Shown: piece after piece, positions 20,200 to 30,512 of the stretch
Layout: each line of letters opens with the position of its first letter
Position numbering within the stretch: the stretch's first letter is position 1
Source: a virus
Taxonomy: Duplodnaviria; Caudoviricetes
Direction: 5' to 3' (one strand)
IMG/VR virus record: IMGVR_UViG_3300021167_000128
Coordinates: 16,637-80,636 of that record
DNA length: 64,000 nucleotides
The notes under the pieces: generated by a model
Told to the model about the DNA's origin: nothing
The model's database searches: none
What the model saw: the letters and a program-made list of their open reading frames with translations, nothing else
Program-made: the position numbers and the translations under genes

Positions 20200-21324
20200 T
20201 TAGTCTTTTATTAATTTCCAACCCGCTACAGTTTTGTAGGGTTTCTTTGCGAAGAGTTGTTTACACCCAACTCCACTTAATTTCTTAAAGTCTTGTCTAG
20301 AGCACTCTAAGATAGTTCCTAGTTCTTCATTTTCAAAGACATAGGTTCGGATGTCATCTCTTGGTTTCTTACCTTCTAGGTATGTTGATTCAAGCATCCA
20401 CCCAAAAGCAGATATACTAGGCTTTTTATTAAACAAGCTAGCTACATTTATATTGTATTTCTCTTGAAGCTCAAACCTAGTACATTCTTCTCTATTCTTA
20501 GAATAGAAGTTTATGAATTTATAAATAGTTTTATCAGCTCTTGGATTATTTAAACCACTTGTATTGATAGAATCTCTTATTTTATCAATTCCATATTCTT
20601 CAATAAGTTCTTTAGTTGTCCATCCCTTACAAACAAAGTTGTTACCAAGAGTAATAGGACCTACGGTAGTACCAAGGAATTTAGTCATCTCAGAAGGATA
20701 TTCTAGCTTCTTTTCTAAAGTTGTTATGTTTACAAACCAACGCTTATCTCCAATATTAGGATTCCATCTCCCTGAAAAGTTATTTTTAACTGCTTCTAAT
20801 CTGTCTTCTGGAAACAGCTCTTTAACTACCCATCTTTTAGAGCTATTTGGACCGTGAAACATGGAATCAACATTAAGATGTAGGTTAGCTATAGTGAAGT
20901 TATACCTAGTATCTTTGATTACTTCTTCAGTATCTACATTGTAGAAAGTCCAGATGCGTTTATCATATCTAGGATGACCTTTTCCAGTATATTTAATTGA
21001 CTGCCTTTTTCTTTGATCTTCTGAGGCAATATAACCAGATGTTCCTTCACCTCCGTCTGTCATATTTGCTAAACAACCTGCATTAATGTTTCTTCTTCCA
21101 TAGAATAGAATTAATTCTTTTTCAAGAGAATGTGCTTGAAACTCTGTCAGGTTATCTAATACAATCTCTACAAGAGTACCATGTTTCTTATGAATTTTAT
21201 TCCAAAGAGGATTTCTTGCGCTTTGACTTAGAATCCATGCGCGTTTATTCCTACCTTTACCTACATAATAGATTTCGTTATTTGTTTTCTTTCTGTGAAT
21301 ATAAACATAGAAATCAGATTTCAT
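20200..21324 (-). CDS. free-standing GIY-YIG-type homing endonuclease
   Basis: FYVYIH....IYYVGKG..KR, LEKELI, NMTDGGEG; repeated C-terminal DNA-binding modules. Confidence 0.8.
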   Translation of the reverse strand: MKSDFYVYIHRKKTNNEIYYVGKGRNKRAWILSQSARNPLWNKIHKKHGTLVEIVLDNLTEFQAHSLEKELILFYGRRNINAGCLANMTDGGEGTSGYIASEDQRKRQSIKYTGKGHPRYDKRIWTFYNVDTEEVIKDTRYNFTIANLHLNVDSMFHGPNSSKRWVVKELFPEDRLEAVKNNFSGRWNPNIGDKRWFVNITTLEKKLEYPSEMTKFLGTTVGPITLGNNFVCKGWTTKELIEEYGIDKIRDSINTSGLNNPRADKTIYKFINFYSKNREECTRFELQEKYNINVASLFNKKPSISAFGWMLESTYLEGKKPRDDIRTYVFENEELGTILECSRQDFKKLSGVGCKQLFAKKPYKTVAGWKLIKD

Positions 21325-21425
21325 ATAACTCCTGTATGGTCAAGTTAATCTATAATTTTAACATGAAATATACAAAAGTAAAGCCCGACATAGAATTATC
21401 TACGCGGGCTTGGATTGCTAACTAA

Positions 21426-22646
21426 TTAAACAAGAGTAGTATCTTGAACCTGGATGGTAGTTAATTCCAACCCACCCGTAGCTACATCATTCAGAAGTGC
21501 AGTGAAAGCAATACTTTGAACCAAAGAAGTTTCACTGTCGCTTACTGACGCCGAATTCAACTTGACCTTGGGAAAGACAAATGTCATAACATCTGCATTC
21601 TTTTCGGTACTGGTGGTGAGCGCCATAACAACAGTAACAGCAGTCTCGTTAGCAAAGTAATCTCGAAGAGTACCATCACTAAAGTAAGCACTAAGATTAC
21701 CAGAAGCAGTAATGCGTCCCGCAAAAATCTCAGAAGCAAAGTTAGAACCTACACACTGCGCAGCTTCCATATTACGGTCAATAGTAAAGTCAGCAGAAGT
21801 AACACAAGCACCTGCAGTACCATTAACAATTAGAGCACCTTGAACAGCAGCAAAGATACCAGTAGTACCGGCAGCAGTAGGTGAAGTAAAGTAACGAGTA
21901 GTTCCAGTCTGTTCGAGGTTCTTACCCATGAAACCAATATCAGTAGTAACTAGACCAGTAGCAGGAAGAGAAACAGCAATACTGTTAGGCTTCAGACCAG
22001 TGAATACTTCAGATTGGTTAATGTCTGAATACCAGTTTTCAAAGGTAAATGAATTATTGGTATGTCCGCTTAGAGGAACATAAGTAGTCTTACCAACTGC
22101 ACTCACAGCCGCAGCGGTAATAGATGCTTGAACAACCAAAGAAATGCGTGATAGAACTTGTACTGTAAGAACAGTAGCTGTCATACTCACAATCAGGAGG
22201 TTGTTATTAAGGTTAGCAGGGTCAGCACCAGTACCTGCTGTAATACGGACAACTTGACCTACACGGAAACCATCAGTAAGGAAAGAACCAACAGATCGAG
22301 TAAGTGTAAAGTTAGTACCAGACGAAGCAACAGCTAGGGTAAGACCTGTAGCAGTACCAGAAGCAGTAAAGTCCCGAGCTAGAACAGAAGCAAAGAAATC
22401 ACTATAAGAGCCTGGAGAAAGTTCAGCAGAGATAGAACCTTCAGCAGAACGAACACCGTGGCGGTAATCAGCTACTTGTTGGTCAGTACGGATTTCGTTG
22501 GATTCATAAGCATCTTTAACTAGGTTAAAATCAGCGGTAACTCGACGAATTTGTTTAGCGCCAGTTGCACCCGGAAGTTGTCCCCAATTACCGTTTTCAT
22601 TTTTATATGCTACTTGTTTGAACACGCCTGTGGCTTTAGTTGCCAT
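21426..22646 (-). CDS. major tail tube protein
   Basis: 406 aa; ESNEIRTD..., HGVRSAEGSI..EL, inserted Ig-like segment; position in the tail operon. Confidence 0.85.
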   Translation of the reverse strand: MATKATGVFKQVAYKNENGNWGQLPGATGAKQIRRVTADFNLVKDAYESNEIRTDQQVADYRHGVRSAEGSISAELSPGSYSDFFASVLARDFTASGTATGLTLAVASSGTNFTLTRSVGSFLTDGFRVGQVVRITAGTGADPANLNNNLLIVSMTATVLTVQVLSRISLVVQASITAAAVSAVGKTTYVPLSGHTNNSFTFENWYSDINQSEVFTGLKPNSIAVSLPATGLVTTDIGFMGKNLEQTGTTRYFTSPTAAGTTGIFAAVQGALIVNGTAGACVTSADFTIDRNMEAAQCVGSNFASEIFAGRITASGNLSAYFSDGTLRDYFANETAVTVVMALTTSTEKNADVMTFVFPKVKLNSASVSDSETSLVQSIAFTALLNDVATGGLELTTIQVQDTTLV

Positions 22647-22661
22647 ATATAATTCTCCTTA

Positions 22662-23060
22662 TTAATTAATAAAAATAGTAACAGGAATAATAATAGGAAT
22701 TACCATTCTCTGTGTGGTAGGAATTGCTCCTGTAATTTGAGGGCTATTGAGAATCATCAACCTTGTGTTAGACTCTTCGATAGTTGTACCTCTTTGAAAC
22801 AATTGTTCAATCTCATATGCAACTTCTAATGCATTGCCTGAACCTACGTTTAATTCCTCCATAACATAGATATTTACATTTGCATTTTTAATCTTGCAGG
22901 TATCACCTACAGAATTATCATTAGGTTTTCTAAAGGTATAAGTAACAGCAAGATATAATTCTTCTGGAGGATTAAACTCAACATTTTGCCAAGCAATAGG
23001 ATAACCAAGGGTATCAATTCGCTCTTCAATTAGTTTTCTAAATATATTTTCTGGAGCCAT
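22662..23060 (-). CDS. tail terminator protein
   Basis: IAWQNVEFNPP motif; immediately upstream of the tube gene. Confidence 0.7.
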   Translation of the reverse strand: MAPENIFRKLIEERIDTLGYPIAWQNVEFNPPEELYLAVTYTFRKPNDNSVGDTCKIKNANVNIYVMEELNVGSGNALEVAYEIEQLFQRGTTIEESNTRLMILNSPQITGAIPTTQRMVIPIIIPVTIFIN

Positions 23061-23077
23061 TGGATATACCTCGTAGA

Positions 23078-23563
23078 TTAAGTCTCGTCATAGTATTGTT
23101 TTAGATTAGATTCAATAGCAGTTTTAACTAATTCAATAGTTGGTTGCATAATTCCATTTGGAGCTTGATCTGATAAACCTTGTTCTAATTTCACATAAGC
23201 AGGACCAGAAGCACCTATATAGAAAGTATTTCCTAGTTGATATTGCCTGTCTGCTTCTCCAAATACATCATTCTGCATTTCAGTTATGCTATTAATATTT
23301 GGGCTAAAAGGTATATTAGAATCTTCTTCATATGACCAACCACCTTGGTGAAAGCCTGCTTCAATTGGAATTCCAAACCTATCTTGTCGTAGTTTATATA
23401 AAGCAGGATATTGCATAGGATCACCAACAGGGGTATTCTTTGCAGCAGCATAAGCAACTTCTTCAGCAAACCTGGTAGTCATATATTCCAATTTTCTCTT
23501 GAAATCTTTAGAGAATTGTTCTAACTGTAAAGCTATTTTATCTGCGTTAGAAGTAATTTGCAT
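23078..23563 (-). CDS. tail completion protein (HK97 gp10-like)
   Basis: TPVGD..., PAYVKLEQGLSDQAPNG motif. Confidence 0.7.
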   Translation of the reverse strand: MQITSNADKIALQLEQFSKDFKRKLEYMTTRFAEEVAYAAAKNTPVGDPMQYPALYKLRQDRFGIPIEAGFHQGGWSYEEDSNIPFSPNINSITEMQNDVFGEADRQYQLGNTFYIGASGPAYVKLEQGLSDQAPNGIMQPTIELVKTAIESNLKQYYDET

Positions 23564-23564
23564 A

Positions 23565-23921
23565 TTAAACCTTTGAAGTTAGAATCTTATAGATTACTGA
23601 AGATCCTTCTGCAGTATGTTCTTTTGTACTAACTACAAGATACTTAACACCAGACCAAGTAATCTTGTCGGTAGCTTTAGGTTTAGTAGGAAGATCTTGA
23701 GATACAACTAGAAATTCAACTAATTCTTTATCAATTAAAGAAGGATAGTTGAAAGTATTTGCTTTAATAGTCTTAGGGAATGCTTTGACTGGAGTAGATA
23801 CTTCTGTTTTAGTAACTTTACCTAGAGTCTTATCATATGCTCCTTCAGCTATTGTAGTTACTGAAATATTTACTCCATTCTTGTAAATCACCTGTATTGC
23901 AGATCTAATAAAATCATTCAT
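23565..23921 (-). CDS. head closure/stopper protein
   Basis: GAYD..LG, P...DKITW pattern; synteny. Confidence 0.6.
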   Translation of the reverse strand: MNDFIRSAIQVIYKNGVNISVTTIAEGAYDKTLGKVTKTEVSTPVKAFPKTIKANTFNYPSLIDKELVEFLVVSQDLPTKPKATDKITWSGVKYLVVSTKEHTAEGSSVIYKILTSKV

Positions 23922-23922
23922 A

Positions 23923-24339
23923 TTAAATACTCCAAGGATTGTAACTACAATTACTTTCGCTTGTAAATGGTTTTACAAAATTATTATCTGCATTATCGTT
24001 ATTTGATTGCATGTCGGATTTACTAATACCAGAACCGTATACGTTAATAAATGAGTACATTCCATTTAAATCTGGATTGCGAATATATAAGATTAACGCC
24101 TGTCTGTATGCTTCTGCTGCCTTACTATTTTTAATTGACAGAACATCCACGGTTCTATCCGAAGAATTTATCGATAGGTGCATTAAGATAATCTTAGCGG
24201 CTTGTAAAGAAGCACGTCTAATATTCTCATTACTATTCTCTAGGCAATAGGTATATACATCATCAGTTAGAATAGGAAGCACAACATCTAAGTCACCAAC
24301 CTCCATCCTTACTTTTTGGATCATTTCTGGAGTAATCAC
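23923..24339 (-). CDS. head-tail adaptor
   Basis: KVRMEVGD....ILTDD..YCL pattern; GTG start; synteny. Confidence 0.65.
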   Translation of the reverse strand: MITPEMIQKVRMEVGDLDVVLPILTDDVYTYCLENSNENIRRASLQAAKIILMHLSINSSDRTVDVLSIKNSKAAEAYRQALILYIRNPDLNGMYSFINVYGSGISKSDMQSNNDNADNNFVKPFTSESNCSYNPWSI

Positions 24340-24431
24340 ATAGGGTTCCTTTCTGTTAGTTTATATTCATTTAGTAAGGATACCTTTGGTTATATTGGGC
24401 TATAACGTAAGATATTCTTCGTGAAGGAAGG

Positions 24432-25445
24432 TTAGTTTGTTAGGAGTTCAAGATACAAGTCTTTGAATTCAGTTTGTCTATCAATAGCTTCTTCTAATGT
24501 TCTAAATGCGCCTAAGTATATCTTCTTAGACCCAATATAATAAGCAGTTCTGTAAGAAAACTTTCCACTTTTAAGTTCATGAGTTTCGATTCCTTTAACA
24601 TCAAAGGGAAGCCCTTCTCTAGTTTTATTTCTTTCAGACTCACTTTCAACCATTCTTTGCATCATATTATATTTACGAATTAATCTGTATCTTGAATCAG
24701 AACCTTGGTACAGATGTTTTACTATTTCAACTGCATCTCTTCCAGAGAAAGATACACTATGGATATTTTGAACTTTAGTTATGACGGGGTTTTTATCAAA
24801 ACATAGAGATTGTGTGCAATACTCTTTAAAATTCTCACATAGGTCAAAACTTCCAACTAAATTGACAACTCTACATCCTTTGCCATTTATAAATAATGAT
24901 CCATCTCCATCAATAACTCCTCTCCAGAAATGTCTGCTCCATGTGTTACTGGGTTGATAATTATTTGGCACTGTGGCTATTTTTGATTTCTGTGGAGCTA
25001 ACCCATGATTTTCTAAGTTTTTTCTAACTATCTTACTGGTGAATGTAAGCCTTTTCATTGTACTAATATATCCACTATCTCTTTTGGTTATATACGTCCC
25101 AATTTTAGCGTTAGTTTGTAACCATTCTTTCATTGTCTCTAGTATGTGGATGTCTTTCTCTTGCAAAGCAAGAGTCACATGACTACCATCTTTTTTCAAA
25201 TAACCATCCGTAACTAGAAAACCATAAAAATAGGCATCCGCTTCACTTTCAAGAGTTAAAAATCTTTCTTCGTTTATTACACCCTTGTTTACAATATATT
25301 GTATCCCATTACTTATACAATAATTTCTTACACTTGGTGATTTTAGTTCAAGAGTTTTCGAAATCTCTGCAATTGTTTTATTTTTAGACAGCCTTACAAT
25401 TTCTTCATGATAATCAGAAATACATTTACATTTTCTTTTATTCAT
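24432..25445 (-). CDS. LAGLIDADG homing endonuclease with N-terminal HTH and C-terminal AP2-like domain
   Basis: AYFYGFLVTDG and HFWRGVIDGDGS; C-terminal KKIYLGAFRTLEEA. Confidence 0.85.
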   Translation of the reverse strand: MNKRKCKCISDYHEEIVRLSKNKTIAEISKTLELKSPSVRNYCISNGIQYIVNKGVINEERFLTLESEADAYFYGFLVTDGYLKKDGSHVTLALQEKDIHILETMKEWLQTNAKIGTYITKRDSGYISTMKRLTFTSKIVRKNLENHGLAPQKSKIATVPNNYQPSNTWSRHFWRGVIDGDGSLFINGKGCRVVNLVGSFDLCENFKEYCTQSLCFDKNPVITKVQNIHSVSFSGRDAVEIVKHLYQGSDSRYRLIRKYNMMQRMVESESERNKTREGLPFDVKGIETHELKSGKFSYRTAYYIGSKKIYLGAFRTLEEAIDRQTEFKDLYLELLTN

Positions 25446-25600
25446 AGTCTCTCCGTATAGAGTTTATTTGGAACCTCTATCTATGAAACGGCATAGCACA
25501 GCTTGCAGGCTGGTTTCGAGGTATTGGTAGATAACTGCAATTATCTCTGCAAGACTTGATATTTTACCCTAGTAAACTTGAGAAAGCAATACTAAGGTAA

Positions 25601-25620
25601 AACCCCTCGTTAGAGGGGTT
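25601..25620 (-). terminator. terminator after the major capsid gene
   Basis: AACCCCTC-TAAC-GAGGGGTT followed by TT. Confidence 0.7.
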
Positions 25621-25639
25621 AATACACACTACAAACTAC

Positions 25640-26653
25640 TTACACAGCAATACACTTTACAACACACTGAGGACGGCGAATCAGGTTCAGGAAGTTAGAC
25701 TCAGATTGAATAGTAATTTCACTATCATTCTGGTCGCGCTGGACCCAAACGTAAGCCTGCTCACCTAAAGTATTGACCATGCTAAATTTGTTGGCCGGAC
25801 CGAAGTAAGTCTTGAAGGTATCTGAAGTACCCTGAGGGAGCATGTAAGCTTCGCCAGCAGGGATCAGGCGCTGACCATTGTAAGAACCTCTCATTTCAAT
25901 ATACTCAACAGAGCCATGAATAAACCTGCGATAAATACCAGTACCTAGACGTTGACGCAAAGGCTCTTGAGTGCTAGAGTAATACTTGTAGGCTTCCTTG
26001 ACAGAAGCATGGTCAATAAGCTTACTAAAGAATTCAGGAGAACATAGGACAATGATGTTACTTACAGCCTCACCGGACATAATATTGTCTTGAATATGAG
26101 CAATACCTTCCTCAGACTTAGCCAGCAGGTTTGTGGTTGCTGTATCTAGGGACCACGTAATTTCCTTACGAGTAACACCAAATTCAGTGTAGTAATTGCC
26201 AGCAACAGTACCATTAGGAGCATATACAGTACCTTGAGTAATAGCCTGAGCACGGGCAAATTCAAGGGTAACAGCATGGTTACGGCGAATACGCTCTAGC
26301 TTGCGTGCAATGACATTGGCCTCAGTTTCAGCAACTTCCGAAGTACCGTAAGCACGGACACCTTGAATGTCATTGGGCTTAATTGCATCATCAAGCGGGA
26401 AGTGAGGAATAGGAAGGCTACGAAGAACACGATTCTCGTCGCGATTAACGTTATTGCGATCACCACGAACACGGTCAGTGATTAGACCTAGAGTGCCAGT
26501 AGTGCTTTCAATTGTAACGGTATTTTGAGAGATAGATTCTGGAGAGAAAATACCTAGCTCATTGATAAGACCCCAAGTATTGGGGATAAGCATTAGGTCA
26601 GGGGTAAGGTCTGTTAGTTGAAAACCATTAGTAAAACTACGTGCAATAGGCAT
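25640..26653 (-). CDS. major capsid protein (lambda gpE family)
   Basis: 337 aa; IPNTWGLINELGIF, HAVTLEFARAQAI, ESNFL; preceded by a decoration gene. Confidence 0.9.
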   Translation of the reverse strand: MPIARSFTNGFQLTDLTPDLMLIPNTWGLINELGIFSPESISQNTVTIESTTGTLGLITDRVRGDRNNVNRDENRVLRSLPIPHFPLDDAIKPNDIQGVRAYGTSEVAETEANVIARKLERIRRNHAVTLEFARAQAITQGTVYAPNGTVAGNYYTEFGVTRKEITWSLDTATTNLLAKSEEGIAHIQDNIMSGEAVSNIIVLCSPEFFSKLIDHASVKEAYKYYSSTQEPLRQRLGTGIYRRFIHGSVEYIEMRGSYNGQRLIPAGEAYMLPQGTSDTFKTYFGPANKFSMVNTLGEQAYVWVQRDQNDSEITIQSESNFLNLIRRPQCVVKCIAV

Positions 26654-26685
26654 ATTTATATTTCCTTATAATTATTATTTAAACT

Positions 26686-27084
26686 TTAAATAGTTTCGTT
26701 GATAAGAATACATGCAGCTTCAAGGTCTGCATAAACAACAGCCTTCTTTGCATCCGTATCATAGGTAGAATCAAGAACCAGAGCAGTCTTAGAAACGATA
26801 GCAGCACCGCGAACCATAACTAGAACCTTAGTATCGGTAGTACCAGGAACAGTGTAATCACCAAGGACGATAGCAGCAGCAACCTTAGAACCATCTACAG
26901 CAGTTTCAACAGCAATCTTATACTTACCGGAAGCAGTAACCTTACCTAGAACAGTACCTACAGCATAGGTCTTAGCAGCGGCTTCATTAACAGTTACAAC
27001 AGCGCGAGTGTAACCAAATTCGGGCCACAGCTCTTTCTTAACTAGGTGACTTAGACGGAACGGTTCTGTAGCAATTAGTGCCAT
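26686..27084 (-). CDS. head decoration protein (lambda gpD-like)
   Basis: GTVLGKVTASGKY...DGS..AAAI. Confidence 0.85.
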   Translation of the reverse strand: MALIATEPFRLSHLVKKELWPEFGYTRAVVTVNEAAAKTYAVGTVLGKVTASGKYKIAVETAVDGSKVAAAIVLGDYTVPGTTDTKVLVMVRGAAIVSKTALVLDSTYDTDAKKAVVYADLEAACILINETI

Positions 27085-27111
27085 ATTTATTCTCCTTATT
27101 TATGTTTAAAA

Positions 27112-28089
27112 TTATTTAGCAATACGGGCCTTAACAGCCTTAGTGACAAGCGACTCAGTTACAACTTCAGTCTCGTCAGAACTTGCACCAGCTTCAACAA
27201 ATAGCGAAGCATTCTTGTTAAGTTCTGCTAGAGCCTTTACAACAGAAGTAAAGACTTCATCTGAAGCGTCCTTACAACCCTCAAAGATAGCAACTGCACG
27301 TTCATCATCATCACCAGCAGCTTTAGTTAATTCAGCAAGACGACTCTTCTGAATCTCTTGCTTCTTTTCATCTTCAAATTTCTTAATAGTATCCAGTGCC
27401 TTTGTTAACTCAACTTGCTTTTCGTCAAGAGCCTTTTGTACTTCTGCATATGACTTCTGAAGATTTACAAACTTGGACTTTTCGATAGTCTCAATCTGTT
27501 CACTCATGTATTTATTTTCCTTATTAAGTTGTTTATCTTTATTATTTTCATAAACTGAAAATGCTTTTTCTACTAGCTCTTGATCTTGAATAAGCTGTAG
27601 GTATTCTTCTTCGGATAGCTCTCCTAGAACAGATTCAATATCGTTAGAATCCTTTAGTTTCTTCATTACAGAGATAGACTGAAGTTTGTAATTAACGTAA
27701 TCTTCAAGTTCTTTATCACCTAGTTCTACATCCCAAGAATTAGGAGCTTCAGGAGGTTCATTCATTTCAACTAAGTCTTCCTGAACTTCTAGAGCATATT
27801 GGTCCATACCTACGGTAACGAAACCTAGAGAACGTGCTAGAAGTTCTTGATTTCCCTTGTCCCAAATACCAAAGAACTTCTCTAGGTATTCGTTAATAGA
27901 AAGGGTTACAGTAACTTGAGAGGCTTTCTTAATGAACTCTTCGGAGAGCTGACGATTAGACTTGGTTAGTAGTGTTTGATACCCATTTGCACTACCACCA
28001 ACAATAGGACCGACTAGACTTACCGTTGCATCTTCACCAGAAAAATCAAACTTAGTGATCTTCCTTGTAGCTTTTTGTTTTGTAGCCAT
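27112..28089 (-). CDS. capsid scaffolding protein
   Basis: Acidic coiled-coil C-half; directly upstream of decoration and MCP genes. Confidence 0.65.
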   Translation of the reverse strand: MATKQKATRKITKFDFSGEDATVSLVGPIVGGSANGYQTLLTKSNRQLSEEFIKKASQVTVTLSINEYLEKFFGIWDKGNQELLARSLGFVTVGMDQYALEVQEDLVEMNEPPEAPNSWDVELGDKELEDYVNYKLQSISVMKKLKDSNDIESVLGELSEEEYLQLIQDQELVEKAFSVYENNKDKQLNKENKYMSEQIETIEKSKFVNLQKSYAEVQKALDEKQVELTKALDTIKKFEDEKKQEIQKSRLAELTKAAGDDDERAVAIFEGCKDASDEVFTSVVKALAELNKNASLFVEAGASSDETEVVTESLVTKAVKARIAK

Positions 28090-28109
28090 AATACTCCTTT
28101 ATTTAATAA

Positions 28110-28655
28110 TTAAAGGTCTTCTACCGTACCTTTGCATTGCACAGAGACTCCGTTGAACACACCTGACTTAATTCCGGCCCAGATCCAATCAGAGCACTTT
28201 AATGTCATCAGCCAAGTTCCAGCTTTGATAATCTTATTTTCTATGGACATATCAGCCGCTAAAATGTATGACTCTAAAAATTCATAACCATCTGTATCTA
28301 CTGCATGGTGCAGATTAGCTTTACGAAGGTGCATATTCTTGTTAAATTGATAGCAGGCATCTGCAATAGTCTCTGCATCATAAGTATCTGCATGAAGGTC
28401 AGTAGTTAGATCAGGGTCTTGAGGCTCTAGTACAATAAACGTAGCAATCTGCTTCTCTTCGTTTAAAGACTTTTGAATTACTTTGGATTTCTTGAATGCT
28501 TTCTCAGCGTTTGATTGAGCTGCTAATGAAGCACGTCTTGCTTTCTGTTCGCTTCCAGATCGTTTAAATTCTTCGTTAAATGTTTCTACAGCTACTTTTT
28601 GAACAGCTTTAGATTTCTTATTAGACCATTGAGGTGGGTCTTTTAGTGAATACAT
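28110..28655 (-). CDS. ChaB-like plus XkdF-like putative prohead protease
   Basis: N-terminal ChaB-like helix; VLEP...DLHAD, NLHH, ESY, GTWL, W..IKSG.FNGVSV. Confidence 0.75.
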   Translation of the reverse strand: MYSLKDPPQWSNKKSKAVQKVAVETFNEEFKRSGSEQKARRASLAAQSNAEKAFKKSKVIQKSLNEEKQIATFIVLEPQDPDLTTDLHADTYDAETIADACYQFNKNMHLRKANLHHAVDTDGYEFLESYILAADMSIENKIIKAGTWLMTLKCSDWIWAGIKSGVFNGVSVQCKGTVEDL

Positions 28656-28674
28656 AAATAACTCCTATACATCT

Positions 28675-28703
28675 ATTATATAGTATAATATATAATTTGT
28701 CAA
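28675..28703 (-). promoter_or_regulatory. consensus sigma70 promoter for head genes
   Basis: TTGACA-N17-TATAAT, perfect consensus. Confidence 0.85.
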
Positions 28704-28753
28704 TAGTTTTAGTTAAATCATTATAAAAGGAGCCTAAACTCCCTGTATAAACT

Positions 28754-28942
28754 TTAGTTATTAATCAACTTAAGACCTAACCTATCAAGAGCTTCACTTG
28801 CAGGCTGTTCACTAATATCTGAAGCTCCTGAACCACCTCCTCCACTACCTCCTGCTAAAGTACCATCAGCAGTTACTTTTACGGGAATAATTTCATCTGG
28901 TAATCCTGATTGTTTATATACACCAGCGATAACTGTAGTCAT
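28754..28942 (-). CDS. 62-aa Gly-linker protein, possibly a truncated virion protein
   Basis: AAGGA RBS; ends soon after GGSGGGGSG. Confidence 0.45.
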   Translation of the reverse strand: MTTVIAGVYKQSGLPDEIIPVKVTADGTLAGGSGGGGSGASDISEQPASEALDRLGLKLINN

Positions 28943-28969
28943 TTAGTATCCTTTATTTTATGTTTGGTT

Positions 28970-29021
28970 AAACCCTCCGGAGAGGGTTAGAGAAGGGTAA
29001 CCCCCGCGCACTGCGGGGGTT
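28970..29021 (-). terminator. two adjacent GC-rich hairpins after the deacetylase gene
   Basis: AACCCCCGC..GCGGGGGTT (28999-29021) and AACCCTC..GAGGGTT (~28971-28988). Confidence 0.6.
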
Positions 29022-29024
29022 GGA

Positions 29025-30512
29025 TTATTGCGCCGCGAGGTCCGACAGCAGCACGTTTTCAGCGTTACCGGCGTCGATATGGGCTCGGATTGCAGCCGCA
29101 AACTGCCGGAGTCGATTCGTCGAAATCTCAATCGTGCTGGCAGCTGCATCGACGCCAACAACTTTGTGCAATTTGATGTGACAGTCCGCCCGCGCATCCA
29201 CTGCGCTTTGTATGCGAGCAATCACGTTTGTGGCGTTCGTCGCCTCGTCAGTGCTGCTCCATGTGTGCCCGACACAATTAAGTGTCATCCGGTAGGGATT
29301 TCGGCCCGAAATAAGATCGGTGCGGTACTTTTGGAAAGCGTTTTCGGTAGTCCCAAACCCTGTATTAATTCCGAGATCCATCAGCAAATACAGCAAGGAA
29401 TCATCTGTCAGGCTTTCGAGATAGCGGCCGGTCGGCCATACGTATGTCCGCTTGCCGTTTTCTGTAATAAGCCCGCGATCGGCAAGCCACTGGATGACGC
29501 CGAGAATGTCTCCGGCTCTTTCGGGGTTAGTTATCCAGGCATCAAAAAGCGACCCATTCAAGTAGCCGGGACGATTCGGGCCATGTGGCACGCATTCGTT
29601 GCCCCCCGCGACGTACATCCGCAAATCAGCTTCAGTCACAAAACCGGGTTGTCCGACACGCTCAGGGATGACTGCAAGGGACGACCGCAGGCCGTATTCG
29701 TCGAGTATCTTCTGCCCGATATGAATGAACGAGGGGTACCCGTCATCGGACCGAATTGCAATTCGCGCCTTACCGCCCAGCCCGCCACCCGTAACCGAGC
29801 GGAACCAGATCGTCCCGGTTTGCCCGTTCAGAACAGCGCAGCGGATTTTCCCGCCTTTCCACGGGTAGTCTCCAGCGTTGCCCGTAGTGACTCCTGTTTT
29901 TCCCAGCATGTCCCCGCAGACGTTGTAATGCGACATTCCGTTTTTGACTGGGGATAGTGCTGTAGTCGGGCCAGCGAGGCCGCCGTAGGAGCCAGTGATG
30001 TACGTAGAGTACGTGCCGTTTGATGCGGCGGTCGTGAAAAACGGATACACGCCGACGAATTTAGTGCAGTCCTCGAAGGCCATTTCGATCTGTATCGATG
30101 TTGCCGAAAACCCTTCCGTCAGCGTCGGGAACAGCAGCTCAAACGCATTCGCGGTCGCATCCGTGGCCGTCGCGGTGACGCGATAGCATTGTTCTCCCTT
30201 GTACGTCTCCCAACCCTGCGAGACGATCGTGCAGTTGGCCTGGGGCACGGCATTGAGTGCGCCGCCCGTGCTGGGGTCGAACCATGTGAACTTCTGACGT
30301 GATCGTGGGGCACCTGCGAGCTGAATACGTCGGCCCCCGATTTCAAGGTTCAGCGGCGCCGCGCCGAACACGCCGGAAAGTTTTCCAATCCCCTGGGCCG
30401 AGTTGCTTGCAGTAACTACGTTAGCCATATTATAACTAATGTTCTTACCGTCAGATTTCTCAATATCTACCTGACCAGTTTCATCATTAAAATTCATTTG
30501 TTTTACTGTCAT
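29025..30512 (-). CDS. polysaccharide deacetylase (NodB/CE4)-domain protein, probably virion-associated
   Basis: IAIRSDDG, LRSSLAVIP, NECVPHG, IKLH motifs; GC-rich body and AT-rich first ~30 codons. Confidence 0.75.
   Translation of the reverse strand: MTVKQMNFNDETGQVDIEKSDGKNISYNMANVVTASNSAQGIGKLSGVFGAAPLNLEIGGRRIQLAGAPRSRQKFTWFDPSTGGALNAVPQANCTIVSQGWETYKGEQCYRVTATATDATANAFELLFPTLTEGFSATSIQIEMAFEDCTKFVGVYPFFTTAASNGTYSTYITGSYGGLAGPTTALSPVKNGMSHYNVCGDMLGKTGVTTGNAGDYPWKGGKIRCAVLNGQTGTIWFRSVTGGGLGGKARIAIRSDDGYPSFIHIGQKILDEYGLRSSLAVIPERVGQPGFVTEADLRMYVAGGNECVPHGPNRPGYLNGSLFDAWITNPERAGDILGVIQWLADRGLITENGKRTYVWPTGRYLESLTDDSLLYLLMDLGINTGFGTTENAFQKYRTDLISGRNPYRMTLNCVGHTWSSTDEATNATNVIARIQSAVDARADCHIKLHKVVGVDAAASTIEISTNRLRQFAAAIRAHIDAGNAENVLLSDLAAQ

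Noticed and set aside
24340-25600. Possible group I intron around the LAGLIDADG gene after the capsid gene (GAGAGACTA before the ATG, TTATAGCCC after the stop, small hairpins upstream)
   Set aside because: The P7 pairing would be mismatched, no P4/P6 core was found and there is no interrupted exon; GGAGA is simply the RBS
29028-29957. 309-aa + strand ORF
   Set aside because: Antisense shadow of the GC-rich deacetylase gene; no RBS or motifs, and stop codons are scarce at high GC
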